64,000 nucleotides of DNA, taken from the NCBI GenBank assembly GCA_012295275.1, contig CM022665.1, positions 434,001-498,000 of the forward strand, given 5' to 3'. The position numbers and the translations under genes were made by a program. This DNA comes from Chrysomallon squamiferum (lineage: Eukaryota > Animalia > Mollusca). Below the pieces are notes generated by a model that ran no database searches, was not told where the DNA came from, and was given only the letters and a program-made list of their open reading frames with translations. Shown here one piece after another: positions 30,101-44,031 of the stretch. Position 1 is the stretch's first letter, and every line of letters starts with the position of its first letter.

Positions 30101-33100
30101 AAGTGATCAAAATGAACATTCTAGGACATACAGTTGTGTTGAGAATGGAAAAAGTTTATAAAATAAAAAATAATTTCTTACCACAGCAGCCATGTTCCTG
30201 GGTTTTCAATATTGTTTGATAATCTTAAGCAGATATTTGACTATATAAATGATACAGCATCTATTACAACTGCATTTATAATTATGTTTTTATTTTTATT
30301 TTTTAATGTGGGTTTTTTTCTCCTTTTTTCTGTGATTTAGATTTGAAATTCCTGACAACAAAGATAAACTTTTTTCAAATGCCACAAGAAGCAGAATTGT
30401 AGACTTCATTTTGAGAAGAAAAGCTTTTACAAAAGAAGAAGAGAAAGCATACTCATTTGGTTAGTTTTTTTTTTATTAAAAACACTGTCTTTATATAATT
30501 ATCATTTATTATTAGATTTATTATTTTTGTTGTATGTACAAAATCTTTTTTATTTACTTAGTCACTTTTTATTATTATTTATTTTATTTATTATTACCAT
30601 TATTATTAAGATTCTTTTTTTATTATTTTGAAATTTTATTATAAATATAATTATTATTTTTATTTATTGTTTAAGACGATTTTAACTATAAATATTGAGG
30701 GGTTTTGCATGTATTTTTTGTTTTTCAATGTTGATGTATTATTACAGGTTTTAAGAAGATGATGGCTGATGGGTACTATTCTGCAGCCTTACCTCTACAT
30801 GAAGTGAGAATTATTCTTCTGTTGTTTTCTTAAACCAAATCAGAATAACACAAAGAAAGAAATTAATTGCAATATTATTTAACATCTATAGTTTTAATTT
30901 TTTTAAATGAAAAATTCCTTTTTATACAGTGTATTTTTTTATCTTGATTAATGACTGAAATAGGAAGATTGTGTAAAAGTGATAACAAATATATATGATA
31001 GAAAAGTGTTTGTGACATTATGTCCATTTCAGACTATTTTCATAGCATATTTTCTGTTTTGAGATAGTTTTATTAATTTCTACTTATTTTTATTGCTGTT
31101 GTTGTTATTATTATTATTATTATTATTGTCTAGGGTCACTGGAAGCCAGGATCAGCAGACAATCCAAGAAAATTGCTGTTTGATTACTGGGCCAACTGGA
31201 GAAATTTTCTAAAATTCCAGCCACATGACTATATCAGGTTTAAACTTTAAATTTTATAGAACATGACATTTTTTATTTTTATCTTGTGATGCATTTTCAT
31301 TATAATAATCAGGAATGGTAATTATCAGTGTGTATTATTGTCTTTGATTTTTGAAGTCATTCGCCTTCTTACTTTTGTCAGTATTAATAAATTAGTTTTT
31401 CTTTAATGAAAGTCAGCAAAGCACCGAATTATAATAGATTTTTTATAAAAGGGAAACAATGTTCAATATAATCAGTTGTAATTTTAAAATGTTTTTCAGA
31501 GAATATTTTGGAGAGAAGATTGCTCTCTATTTTGCCTGGCTTGGTTTCTACACAACTATGCTAGTTCCTGCCACTGTTGTCGGTCTTCTGGTATTTTGTT
31601 ATGGATGTGTCATCATGTACACCAACACTGCTACGTGAGTTATTACTCCAGATTTCATTGTTGTTTTGTTTAATTAAACAATATTTTGTAGTTTTTACTG
31701 GAAGTACATGCAGCAGTAGTAGTTATAAAATAATAATCTTATGACAAGATTAAATCACAATAATATTAGTGATGAATCTAATTATTATTGTTATTAGTGA
31801 GTCAGATACTTTTATTTCAGTTTCAGACCATATTATGTAACATTAGATCATCTTTATGTGGATATCATCTTTGTCAGTATAATATGATGTTAATTAAAAT
31901 AAAAAGTGTTTGTGTTTCAGCTCTGAGTTATGTTCTGCTGATAACATAACAATGTGTCCACTGTGTGACAAACAGTGTCCGTTCTGGAAACTCAGTGAGG
32001 CATGTTCTCACTCTGCAGCTAGCAGAATATTTGATAATGGTGCCACAGTCTTCTTTGCTGTCTTCATGTCATTATGGGGTATTTGACACTTTATTCATTT
32101 ATTAAAAAAATAAAATAAAATAATGAAATAAAAATTTTTTTGATCTCTTTTCTGTTCATATTAAAATATTTTTTTTTTTTTCTCAAAGGAACATTGTTTC
32201 TAGAGTTCTGGAAGAGAAGACAGGCAACGATACAGCACAAGTGGGATCTTACCAACTTTGTTCACGAAGAGGTATCTTTTCTCTGATTCTGTTTAATTAT
32301 TAAAGTAATTACACGGTTAGTTGCACATTATCATATGTTTAAGGTGTGTGTGTGACAGTCTTGTTGGGGTCTGCAGTCTAAGCAGTATTGTTCAAATTAA
32401 TAGAGGTATTTTTTATTCCACTGTGCATGTGCCTGTTGCTGGGTAATTCAAAGATGCAAATTGCGAGATCTCGTCAAACTACCCCTACTTAGTGGGCAAA
32501 GGCAATCATGCTGTAATGGGAGGCCATGACCATTGTTCAGTTATTAACTGTTCTAATCACAGCCAGTGCATAATGGAAATGTTTGTGGGTAATCATTTCA
32601 CATAGAAATGAAAAAGATTTTAATGTTACTACAAACATGAGTATTTGTTTGGCACATTTTGTATGTGGGAAGCCAAGAAACATGAGGACAGATCAGTATT
32701 TACAATATTGGTCCTCTGTCATTGATAACTGGTCCAAAGCTTCAAATTATAAACTATTTAAAAATACTGTCACATTCGAGACACAGTTCAACCTTACAGA
32801 GAGAAAATACTGCTACCCACTGTTACAGCTTAGACTTTCAAATCATAATCTTCCTATTGAAACGGGAAGATGGAAAAATAAACCATTAGAGAATAGAATA
32901 TGTCCATTGTGTAATAACTATGACATCGGAGAAGAATTTCATTATATATTTACATGTATGCTTATCAAGAATCAAAAGAAATGTTACCTACCATTTTTCT
33001 GTCAATCTAAACCAAGCATTCATAATTTTTATAAAGTATTTAACTGAAAAAGCTGGTGCCCATAGAAAACTTTCTATTTTTGTAATTTAATCATGAATTG

Positions 33101-36100
33101 TTTCAAATCCTCTGGCTGATATATTGATATATTGTATATATGTTATTATTATATACATCATTGTAAATTTACCATCTTGTCATACTTGATACATTTGTTA
33201 CAATTATATTAAAGTTTGTATGAATGTATCCTCATATGGTGTGAGTATAAGTAAAATTTACCTACTATAACAAAAACAAGTAACAAGAGCAAAGAATAGT
33301 TAGATTTAATTAAAAAGGTGAACAACATGAACAACCTGTCTGTCATGACCCTCAATTTGTAAACAGAGTAGTCTGTTTTGTCAAGGGGCATTACTCTTTG
33401 CATGCATGTTCAATAAGAATGTGAAATACCTCTTACAGGGAACTGGAAAAAAAAAAATTCACCTGAACAAAATTTTGAAGACTTTAAACAATGACAGGAA
33501 AAGATGTGACATGAATACAAATTTACTGATACATTTTCTGTAAAAGTTTGAATATTTCAGATGAATTGTTAAAAAATATAATTTTGTTATGTTGCTGTGA
33601 TGTAAAGTGAAACTATTTTTTAATAAACTAAATATTTTGTTTTCTTTAATTAAATTAAAACTAGATATTAACAAATTGGAATATATGATACATAATTTAT
33701 TAGAACCTTTGATTAACACTTAGCTGTATTGTTGTAATATTGTAAACATGACACATTTAACACTTAGCTTGTTTCTTTGTTCTGTTCTGCAGGAACCTCC
33801 TCGACCTGAATATCTTGCAACACTTCAAAACCATGAAACCATGAAGATTAATCCTATAACTGGGGTAAAGATTTGTTAGATATTTATTCTTTATGATGTC
33901 ATATATTATGACAGCACTAAGATTTCATTTAAAATAGTAGATGTTTTAAGATTAATAAAGTTTAAAAAAAGTTAAAATACTTTAATATTATTTTGATTCC
34001 GTTGAGATAAATGTTTTTTGTATTAAGAATAAAACATTTGATATTATTAAGCAGATGATTTTCATGTTTTTAGGGGTTTTTTGAAAGTGAAAAAATGTAA
34101 ACTTAATAAAGATGTGTAATTACAAAATACTGTTCTTACTTGCAGATGAAAGAACCACATCTTCCATTTTGGCGTCGGAGATTTCCTGTTTTCTTGTTGT
34201 CATACACAGTTATGTTCTTCCTGGTAAGACACCAAGTAGATGACAAATACTGAATGTAAAATGATATTAAGTTTCATGTTCATAGATATGTGTTTGATAT
34301 ACTTAACTTTATAAACAGTAATGTAAATTACTTGAACTTAGCTCTTGCATTAATTTTTGTTATAGGTTACAAAAAAAAAGTAAGAATTGTAAAGTTTGTT
34401 TGGTTTTATTGAAATATATTTACAGCATAGTACTGCAAGATAATAAGAATGATAGCAGACTTCAAATACACAATAGAACCTTCACTGAACATCATTTCCC
34501 TCATAACTAAAAGATTTTGCAGTTCCATGAATTATGTAGTACCAAATGTAAAACCTCTGTAAACTGAGCAACTCTCCAACCAGAATTTGTACTTAATCCC
34601 CAGACACTGTTTTGAGGAGTTTCCTTGGACCAATAAATATTTACAACTAAATAAAATATTTCACCTATTTGATGGTAGAAAAGTATTTCATTTTATAAAT
34701 GATTTTGTTTTCAGGCAGCTCTTGCGATTGCGTCTGTAATTGGAGTAATAGCTTACAGAGTGTCCATATTGGCAGCTCTGCAGCTGTTACCAAAGCAGGT
34801 ACATGTAAACAGTACAGTTGGCACAACAACAGTGAATCTCATTTACAAGAATGCTAGTCTGGTCACCACGGTTACTGCAGCTCTCATCAACTTGGCATTC
34901 ATTATTATTCTCAATTTTGTAAGTAGGTTTTGATACTGTTTGTTTATTATTTTTTTAGTTAATATTTTTGGAGTTGTTGATTTTGATTAGAACACTGGCT
35001 GTGCATCCTGATTTACCAACAGAAATTTTCTAAATGTTGTTAGCAGTTACTTTCTTAATAAAATGTTTGTGTATTACACTGATATCTGATTTCAGATATA
35101 CGGCTACTTGGCTTTTTGGCTCACTGACTGGGAATGTCTGAGAACACAGAGTGAATATGACAACAGCATCACAATCAAACTGTTTGCTCTCCAGTTCTGT
35201 AACTACTTCTCCTCTATTGTCTACATAGCCTTCTTCAAAGGAAGGTGAGAAATTGTTTCTGTACTGAATAAAATGAATTACTGTGCTAGCCTGATTGGTT
35301 CACATTAGGTCCCAGATCTTCAGGTGGTAATGGAAAGTCTTAACATAATTTCAACTACTTTTCTGTATTTAAATGTTACAAATGTGTAAGTTTAAATCTA
35401 ATGTATTGAATGAATCAGTACTGGTATATGAAACTGAATGATATAATGTTTGTTTTCTCAGATTTGTTGGAAGACCAGGAAAGTATAGGACAATTTTTGG
35501 TGCAAGGCAAGAAGAGGTTAGTGATTTTTCAAATTAAATATATTTTCAGTTTGGAAGATATTTTTCTTCATTTATTATTTTGATATATTACATTTTATGA
35601 CAAGATATTTATCCCCTAGAATCACATTTTAAGTCTTTTTTTTCTGTTTTCATTTAAAAAAAATTATTGTTACAGGATGAGAAAATTAATTTTTTGAAAC
35701 ATTTTTATTGCAGTGTGAGGCTGGAGGCTGTCTAATTGAACTCTGTATCCAGTTGGCCATTATAATGATAGGAAAACAACTCATTCAAAACAACTTCATT
35801 GAAATTGTCCTACCGTATGTACTGCTGTGTTTCTCAAATCTTAACATACCTACACAAAAATGTTGTCCTTCTGCAAAAAATATGAAATGTACAAGACAGA
35901 AGCAGTTGATATATATTAACTGATAAATTTCATTTCAGTATCAGAATATAAGAGAAACATTGTCATTTGTGTTACAGGTTGATGATGATGATGATGATGA
36001 TATATAATTAAAAAACAACACCCCCCCCCCAGAAATGCAAATACTTGCTGTCTCAGAATTCTTTAAATCAGATACCAAACATACTATTTATTTTACCACA

Positions 36101-39100
36101 GATTTACTATAAAATAGTTTCATTGTTTTCATAAAAAAATGTCATAATATATTGTTGCTGTTTTCATGGGTTTTGGTTTTTTTTTTAGAAAGAATAAGAA
36201 AAAACCCACAAATTATTATGAAATTAGAAGATTAAATGGGTAACATTATATATAAATATGATTAGAAAAACTGTAAATAATGTCTCATAGAGCAGAGTAA
36301 ATAATGTCACATAAATGTTCCTGAAGCTAAATTATTATTTGAGATGTTTGAATCTCATCATTATCTGCAATATGTAATTAAATATATAAATCATCATTTA
36401 TTTCAGAAAATTAATTAAATTTATCAAGAGGAAAATGTCAAAAGAAACAAAGGAACAAAAACTGGCTAAGACACCCTGGGAAAAAGACCTAAAACTGCAG
36501 TCAGCTCAGAGCACATCTCTCTTCTACGAGTATCTGGAAATGGGTTTGTTCTGCTTCTAATTCTGATTATTATATAATTATTACACTGGCAGTGTTTTCA
36601 TCTTATCATTTAATGTAAAAATGTTGTTTGACATTTTGTACTTTCACACTAGCATGTCAGCTTCCATTGTATCTATTTATTATTGTTTTTAAATACACAC
36701 TGTCATGTTACATTTCCATGTAGTCTGTTTTATCTTTTCCTTAAAAATATCTATATATAGAAATATAAAAATCTTTTATTGTGAAAACAATGATAACTTT
36801 ATTAATCTTTTATATTTCCTTTACACTTTTCCCTAATTTATCTATTTTGAAAACAATTAAAATATATATATATTTATTTTTTTTTTTAAATATTTTAATT
36901 TAATTATTAAAAATTGTTTTTTTTTTTTTTTTTTTTTTTTCCAGTTATACAGTTTGGTTTCCTCACCATCTTCTGTGCAGCATTTCCTCTTGCACCTTTG
37001 TTTTCACTTCTGAACAACATCATAGAGATACGCACTGACGCTCTCAAATTCATTACACATCTTCAGCGACCCATGGCTGAGAGGGCTGCCACTATTGGTA
37101 TAATACAGTTTTTTGTAAACTGAGTAAAATAGTTTTTGAAAGGCTTCAGTACATTATGTGTTATATATAAGGATGGATTTACAAATACAGACAAGTATTT
37201 TTTAGTGTAATTTGAAAAGAGACTTCATTATTGCATGTTATCACCCAGTTGTTTGTTGAATTTAGCTTAAACAATTTGTCTGGTATAGGTAATTAAAAAT
37301 TATTCTCAAACATATCCTTATCTCAGGTCAGTTTAACCAATTATGATTAACTAATTCTGAACAATTTGTTCATTTGATATTATGGGTTATTTTTTATTTT
37401 TTATTTTTTTTTTTATTTCTTTTGTTCTTTTCTTAATAGCATTTATGTTACAATAATGTTATATTTTTTTTAATTTATTTTTTATTTTAGTTATTTTTTA
37501 TTTTCATTTTTTATTTTCTTAATGTTTTTATTGTTACATTTATTTTACTTTTTATTTTATTATTATTTGTTTTAAATTAATCAAGGAATTTAATTATTTA
37601 ATTTTCAGGTATCTGGTACAGTGTTCTCTATGGTATTTCAAGAATTGCTATTTTATCAAATGTAAGTTAAGATATTTTCTGAAATATTAAGAGACAAGCT
37701 TAGTGCACATTTTTCTTCAAATTTTAAAACTGTTACACAAATGTTAAAATAAGAGATGCCAGAAAATAAAAACATTTTTATAAATTTTCATATAATAAAA
37801 AGAATTCTGTTTTGTTAAGAATATTTAAAAATGTTTTAAATTCAATTAGTAGTCCCTTTAATTTTCAAAAACATCAGTAAAGATTAGCTAGGTGAACAAA
37901 ATCAGACAAATTTGTAAAATTATAACTTACTAATTTTATTAAGTATGTGTAATTTAAAAACAGTCATGTTTCAAGAAAGTTGGCATCAGTTAAAACAATG
38001 ATATTGTTATTAATAGTTGGTGATAAAATTAACTGATATATAAATCTCACTGTATGTTTGATTATTTTATTAATGAATGATTCTTATTTGTTTTTATGTT
38101 CTTGTTTTTCCTGTTATTGTATTGTTTGGATTGATAACTTTATGTTTTTACATTCTAGGCTTTTATTATTGCCTTGACATCTGATGCAATACCACGTTTG
38201 GTGTACCAGCTACGATACAGTGAAGATGGCAGTTTGAAAGGCTACATCAACTTTACACTGTCATACTTCAACACTTCAGACTTTCAGGACGGTCATGGGC
38301 CTGAACCTAGCCTGATGGGAGATGTGGAGATCTGCAGGTAAGTAATTTCTGTTTTTGTCTCTTTCAGTGATTTTGACCTGAACTTGACAGTTTCAGTGTT
38401 GCAGCATACTGAGTTAGAACAGAACTGTTAATTATTTATCACGTTCAGTATAATGTTTGGATTTCATCTGCTAAAACCATGATTAAACTTTTTGCATTAC
38501 ATACCCCAGTAATGAAAAAATAAAATTTTAAATAAATATTTAATGTATTTATGAAAGTTTGTTAATTATTTTTTTAATAGATACATCATATGAGCTACCT
38601 GTACGTGTGTATTATTCTTTTATTTTCAAGTACCAAAATGTTAATTTTTAAAATTGTAAAAATGTTATTAAAAAACAGATACCTACTTGATATTATTTAA
38701 ACATATGTCAAGATATTTTCTCTTATTTTAAATATTTCATTTAAAGATGATTTTGTCTTACAGGTATAGAGATTTCCGGAATCCACCATGGCATTATGAC
38801 AGAGAATACCGGAGATCAGAGGTTTTCTGGCACATCTTGGCAGCACAGCTTGCTTTTGTTCTTGTCTTTGAGGTTTGTTTTTCCCATTTCTTTTATTTTC
38901 TGAACAGTGCTACTTGTTTGTTACTGAATTAATCAATAATGCATTATTAATACATAGATTGTTATTATTGTAATCTTGTTGCTGCATATTTAATGTGTGT
39001 CAAACATTAAAATATTTAATATTTAGTCTTGATAGTATTTCTTTTTAGGGTGATGTTATTCTTATTAGTCTTTTCAGTTGTCTTGGGGTTGTTGAATTTT

Positions 39101-39702
39101 TTTTGTTATTTTTTTACAAATGTTTTTGTCACTTATTTATTCATGAATTTTAACTCATTCTAATCATGCAGACCTTATATTAAGTGATCATTGATTTAAT
39201 AAATTAATATTATTACAGTATTATGTGCATAAGAATAATATTACTGTTGTGAGTGTAATCAGATAGACATCAGAACTGTAGAGTTTGTTAGAATTAAATT
39301 ATCATCATAAATTTAATATCATTTTATTCTGGTGTATTAGGATAAAATCATTGTCATCAATTTAATCAAAATTAATTTTAAAAAGATTTAATCTCAGATT
39401 CTGACATCACTGTTATTTATTTTCAGAATGCCATTGTTGTGATCACTGGCCTGATAGCATGGATGATACCAGATATGCCAGCAGTTGTCCGAGAACAAAT
39501 CCGAAGAGAAGCTTATGTAACAAATGAAATCATACTTAGTACAGAACTGAAAAGAGCCCAGGAGGGTCTTATGAATCACACTGAGGGCAGCAGGGAGGAT
39601 CTGGAACTGAGGTATTCTCCAAAGTTATCTGATGAAGATATTCAGGTTGATGTTACACACAGAAAACCTGACGCCAACACAGAACCAAGAACATATATTT
39701 AA
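9866..39702 (+). CDS. Anoctamin (TMEM16) family Ca2+-activated channel/scramblase, multi-exon, ~930-1000 aa depending on the cassette exons used
   Basis: Core exons with AG/GT borders and matching phases: 17848-17930, 21726-21878, 22949-23044, 29669-29817, 30341-30459, 30748-30803, 31134-31237, 31500-31634, 31921-32078, 32189-32271, 33793-33864, 34146-34223, 34715-34918, 35096-35244, 35462-35516, 35714-35814, 36407-36543, 36945-37097, 37609-37661, 38159-38337, 38764-38872, 39427-39702 (TAA). Family motifs: [149 protein letters not shown]. The start codon and N-terminal exons are less certain, and vertebrate orthology cannot be assigned by eye. Confidence 0.95.
12368..12455 (+). CDS. Candidate alternative first coding exon 1b of anoctamin ([29 protein letters not shown], phase 1)
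   Basis: gctATGG at 12368, open frame, consensus donor gtaagt at 12456. The 88 nt give phase 1, compatible with exon 17848. Local CpG retention around 12140-12450. Confidence 0.6.
15448..27667 (+). CDS. Candidate frame-preserving micro/cassette exons in the anoctamin N-terminal cytosolic region
   Basis: 15448-15465 (18 nt), 16723-16809 (87 nt), 19003-19023 (21 nt, NENLLSD), 21641-21655 (15 nt, ASNRQ), 23534-23578 (45 nt, [15 protein letters not shown]), 27415-27432 (18 nt, REAEQV), 27629-27667 (39 nt, [13 protein letters not shown]). Each is flanked by YAG and a GT donor, is a multiple of 3, and is open in the required phase. Confidence 0.5.
32516..32675 (+). mobile_element. THAP-domain remnant, probably from a DNA transposon, in an anoctamin intron
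   Basis: [14 protein letters not shown] ... W.IISHR ... [11 protein letters not shown] matches the THAP C-x4-C...W...C-x2-H-F pattern, with a frameshift between the halves. Confidence 0.55.
32690..33260 (+). mobile_element. 5'-truncated LINE (non-LTR retrotransposon) ORF2 C-terminus and 3' end
   Basis: YKLFK..FE....[15 protein letters not shown]....ENRICPLC...[11 protein letters not shown] is the typical C-terminal Cys/His region of invertebrate LINE ORF2. No RT core present. Confidence 0.8.
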
Positions 39703-40923
39703 CAGCAGCTAAAATAGTTTTTGTTAAAACTTCCTTGAGATTGTATTTCATGTGGTATAATGGATTTTCTTACAGGTAGGAAAAATCAACAGGTGACATA
39801 TTCTCCACAATTTCATGATGATTTTTAGCAAACTTAAACAACCTATTATAACACCTTTGATACTTTTTTTTTTGTTTTCTTTTTTTAAATAACAAAATGG
39901 AATTTGTTATTAGGAAGTTGGTTTGTGGAAAGTATTATTTTTATAATTTTTAGATATTTTAACAAAAATGTTTTAGCAAATGAGATAAAAAAGCAGTGAA
40001 AGAGGATTGATTTCCTTAAAACAGTCATCACTCACTGTCATGTCACAATAACTGAATCTCTTGTGTTGTTATACTTAATCTTTGTGTTTTGTAGATGTAT
40101 TCTGATTTGAGTATTTCTTACTCAGTATATATCTTTTAGCTTAGTTTAATCATTAATACTAGATCTGATTTGCTTTTGTTTAATTATAGGACTTTGAAAT
40201 TTTTATGCTATTACAAATTATAAAATTTGTAAAATTTGTCATTTAATTTAAATTACATGTAATTTAACTATTATTTTTTAAAACAGTATATAATATTTGC
40301 AGTATGCTTTTTATATATATATATATATATATGAGTTCTTTTACCCCCAGCGAATAGCTGCAAAATAAAAATGCATTTTAAAACGTCTAAAGTGATGTTT
40401 TTAAAAAAATATTTTAAACACATTCTAAAATAACTCTTAATCATTAATACAATAATAATTAATATTGGTTGCATTCAATTATATATTTTATTAATTATTA
40501 TTAATTATTAATACTAAACATTTTATTATTTTTTTTTTTTAACAATGTTTTATTTATTATATTTTGAGAATTAGGACAGTAACTAATTCTTCAAAACAAA
40601 TGAGATTATATTTTATACTGTTTTACTATGTAACATAAATTAATTTTATATGCATTACTACATAATGTTTTAGTTATATGACAGAAATGGAACAAATTTA
40701 AAGAAACAGACAGATAAATGTTGTGTGTGTTTAAATTTAATTACAATTCAATAAAAATATGCAATTAAAAACATTATTAATTACTGGCAGAAAAAATATG
40801 CATTTGTATAGTTTTAGTCAGCATTTAAAAAAAATTTAATTTTTATTTCAATAATAATTGAAAAAGAACTGAATTGTTTGTGTTATTTTACTTAAAATTT
40901 GTTTTTATGATCGTTATGATCTC

Positions 40924-42640
40924 AAACTGCAACCTTTCTCATAACAGCATCACGACATTCATTGTTTTAGGGTTTGTGGAATAAAGCAGCGAATATTTTC
41001 AAGCTCAGTAATAATAACCAGTTGTTGACAGGTGAATGTATTATGTTTATATATATATAAATATATAATTATAACTGTTGTTTAAAACATGTTTTATGGG
41101 ATTGTTTTTTTTTATCAAATTTAATATTTTTTTAAAAAGATAACATTTATTCTGCATCTTAATACAAATAATCTTTTTTTTTTTGAAAAATATTTTCTTA
41201 ATCAGAATTTTTAATATATATATATATATATATATGTATGTTTGTATAATTATTTTTTTTTTTATTGTTATTATTATTATTTTTTTTTTTTTTTTAAAAT
41301 GAATTTATTTATTATATTTTGAGGATTATTTTTTTTTTTGTATTTGATATTAAAATTAATTGTCAGTTTATTTTTTACACTGTTTACTATGAACAAAACC
41401 TATTAAAAATTATCTTATTTTTAGGGAATGTTTTGGGATTTTAAAGAAAAATTATTTCCTCCACAGTATATTTAAAGACTGGAGTAATATGTCAGTAATT
41501 TGTTTAAAACATTGTTAAAAAAAAAAAAAACATGTTTTTGCAATTCATTATACTGAATCAGTATATAACTGGATACATTTGTATAAAATTAGTCAGTGAC
41601 TTAAAAAATTTTAAAATTTCATAAACAAATTTCAGAACTAAATTATATTGTTATTTTCTTAAAATAATGACTTTAAATCACTAAATAATTAAAACTGCAA
41701 CCGTTTCCTCATCACAGCTTCTGGAGTTGAATTCATTGTTTTAAGGTTTTATGGAATAAAGCTCTTTTGGTATTTTTTAGTGCTCAGTAATAACCAGTTT
41801 TTGAATTATTAAATTTATTTGTTTTATTTATACATAAACATAAAATTGTAACTGTTGTTTAAAACATGTTTTATGGGATTGTTGTTGTTTTTTATCATCT
41901 ATTTAATATTTTATATAAAAGATAACATTTATTCTGCAGTCTTATATACTTATAATCTTTTTTATTTTTTACTAAAATATTTTCCATCAAATTTTTATAA
42001 ATGTTCAATTTAATGTGTCTGTATGTTTGTATAAGAATTTTGTGATAGATTGTATTTCATGTTATGTTCATAATTTGTTAATTTTGCCATAAACAACTAA
42101 TTTAAGGATACTAGTAGGAATGTTTTGGGGATTTTTGTATTTGATATTAGCATTAATTGTCAGTTCATTTTCAGTCCTTCCTCTGATAAAACCTTAAAAT
42201 ATTATCTTATTTTTCTGGAATGTTAGGGGATTTTTAAGAAAAAAAAATTTCCTCCACAGATAAATTAACTGAGACTGGTTCAGGTAATATGTCAGTAATT
42301 TGAATAAAAACATTGTTAAAAAAAAAAAAAAAAAAATATGTTTTTTTTTTTTTTTTATGCATTTATAAAAAAATCAGTATATATCCTCTACAGTTAAGAA
42401 AAATTTGATATTGTTTGTGCTGTCACCAAAATTATCATAAACAAATTCTCATTCCAAATTATATAAGACATATACAGGAAAAAACAGAGTAAAAGTTAAA
42501 TAATTAAAACTGCAACAGTGTCCAATCCTCATCAGATTCTGGAGTTGAATATTGTAATTACCTGGTATCTTATCTTTTTACATGCTCTTTTGATATGTTC
42601 TTTAGTGCTACCATCATAATTACTATTTTAAATTTTTTAA
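40924..42640. repeat. ~0.8-kb tandem repeat (2 full copies + 1 partial) downstream of the anoctamin stop
   Basis: Units start AAACTGCAAC at 40924, 41692 and 42507. Shared blocks include ACTGTTGTTTAAAACATGTTTTATGGGATTGTT, AAAAGATAACATTTATTCTGCA, TTTCCTCCACAG, GTAATATGTCAGTAATTTG..AAAACATTGTT-polyA. Confidence 0.9.
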
Positions 42641-43988
42641 TTTCTTTTGTTTTATTTAAAGGCAAAAATACGAATATTCATATAATATAGTATTCTTTCA
42701 TCAGAAACAAGTTTCTTTCTAATACTAATAAAAAATATTGTTATTATTGTATTTTGTAGTGTGCTATTCTTCTAACCAATGAAATTGTTATAATGGGCTT
42801 TGTGCATTTATACTTTGTTCTCAAGAGATAACCATGTCCTGCTTTTACAGTTAGTAATACACATAATTCCTCTTAACAGCTGCTGTTATTAGTATTATTT
42901 TTATTATCTTCAGTAGCATTACACCCATATCACCTTTTTCACTGAACAATACATATCTAATAAAAATTAGAAATGAAATAACAACACTTCTTGCCCACTG
43001 TTAATTAATGTATTATTTTTTGTAACAAATAATAAAGTGACAGACTTGTTCTCACAATAGATAATGCTAGTCAAGTCATCATTATTATAGCCATGACATT
43101 GCTTTTTATTATTTTGATGAATGTTAAAACTGTAAACATTGAACATTAATGTAACTGTAAAGATTATATGATATTGACCTAAATGTATTATCTTTTTCTT
43201 TTAACACAAAATATAAATAATCTTTTATTCTTCTGACACTAATAATATAAATGACCCATGTTTGAATTTTGTGTGTGACATTAATGTTTGTTCATAAAAA
43301 ATGGTGGGAGATTTACGATTTCAGGAAAAACTGTGCACTATGTTGTTGGTGGGTGTTAAAATTAGTTCAGTGTAATAACAATAGGGGCAGATTAAGAGTT
43401 ACAAAAACAGTAGTTTAGTGGAACTTTCAAGATGAAATGGGTTGATTTGTGAAGAAAAATGAAACCGATCAGCAGATATACAGATGAAGCAACCATTAGC
43501 ACTTTAACTTGTAAATTGTGGATGTATTTAAAATCATCTTCAAAATGTGTCCATAAACAAGGTCCTTGATCCTGTTCATACATTTTCTTATTTTAAACAA
43601 GTAAATGAACTATATTATAACAGATAATTACTCTTTTTAAATGATTATATAGTAACTTACTGAAATATAATTTTGGTAGCTAGGTCTAAACTCAGTATAT
43701 TTGCACTATGCAAATGTTTAGTTACTTGACAGTAGGTCTTTCTGTTACACTACATATCTTTATAATACCTTGTTTTGTTGCCTTGTATATTTGTATACTT
43801 CTGTTGTGAAACCACATTTACACATACTATATTTTATTTGTCTACAAATATCCTCAGTAGTAATAAAAAATAATATTCTTATATTTTGTGTTCTTCTTTG
43901 AGTACATTATCTTCTGCTCTTGAACGTATTTAATCCAGTAGATTTATATACATATCCAAGAACTTATTATTATACCATCTATTCTTTT

Positions 43989-44031
<43 letters not shown>

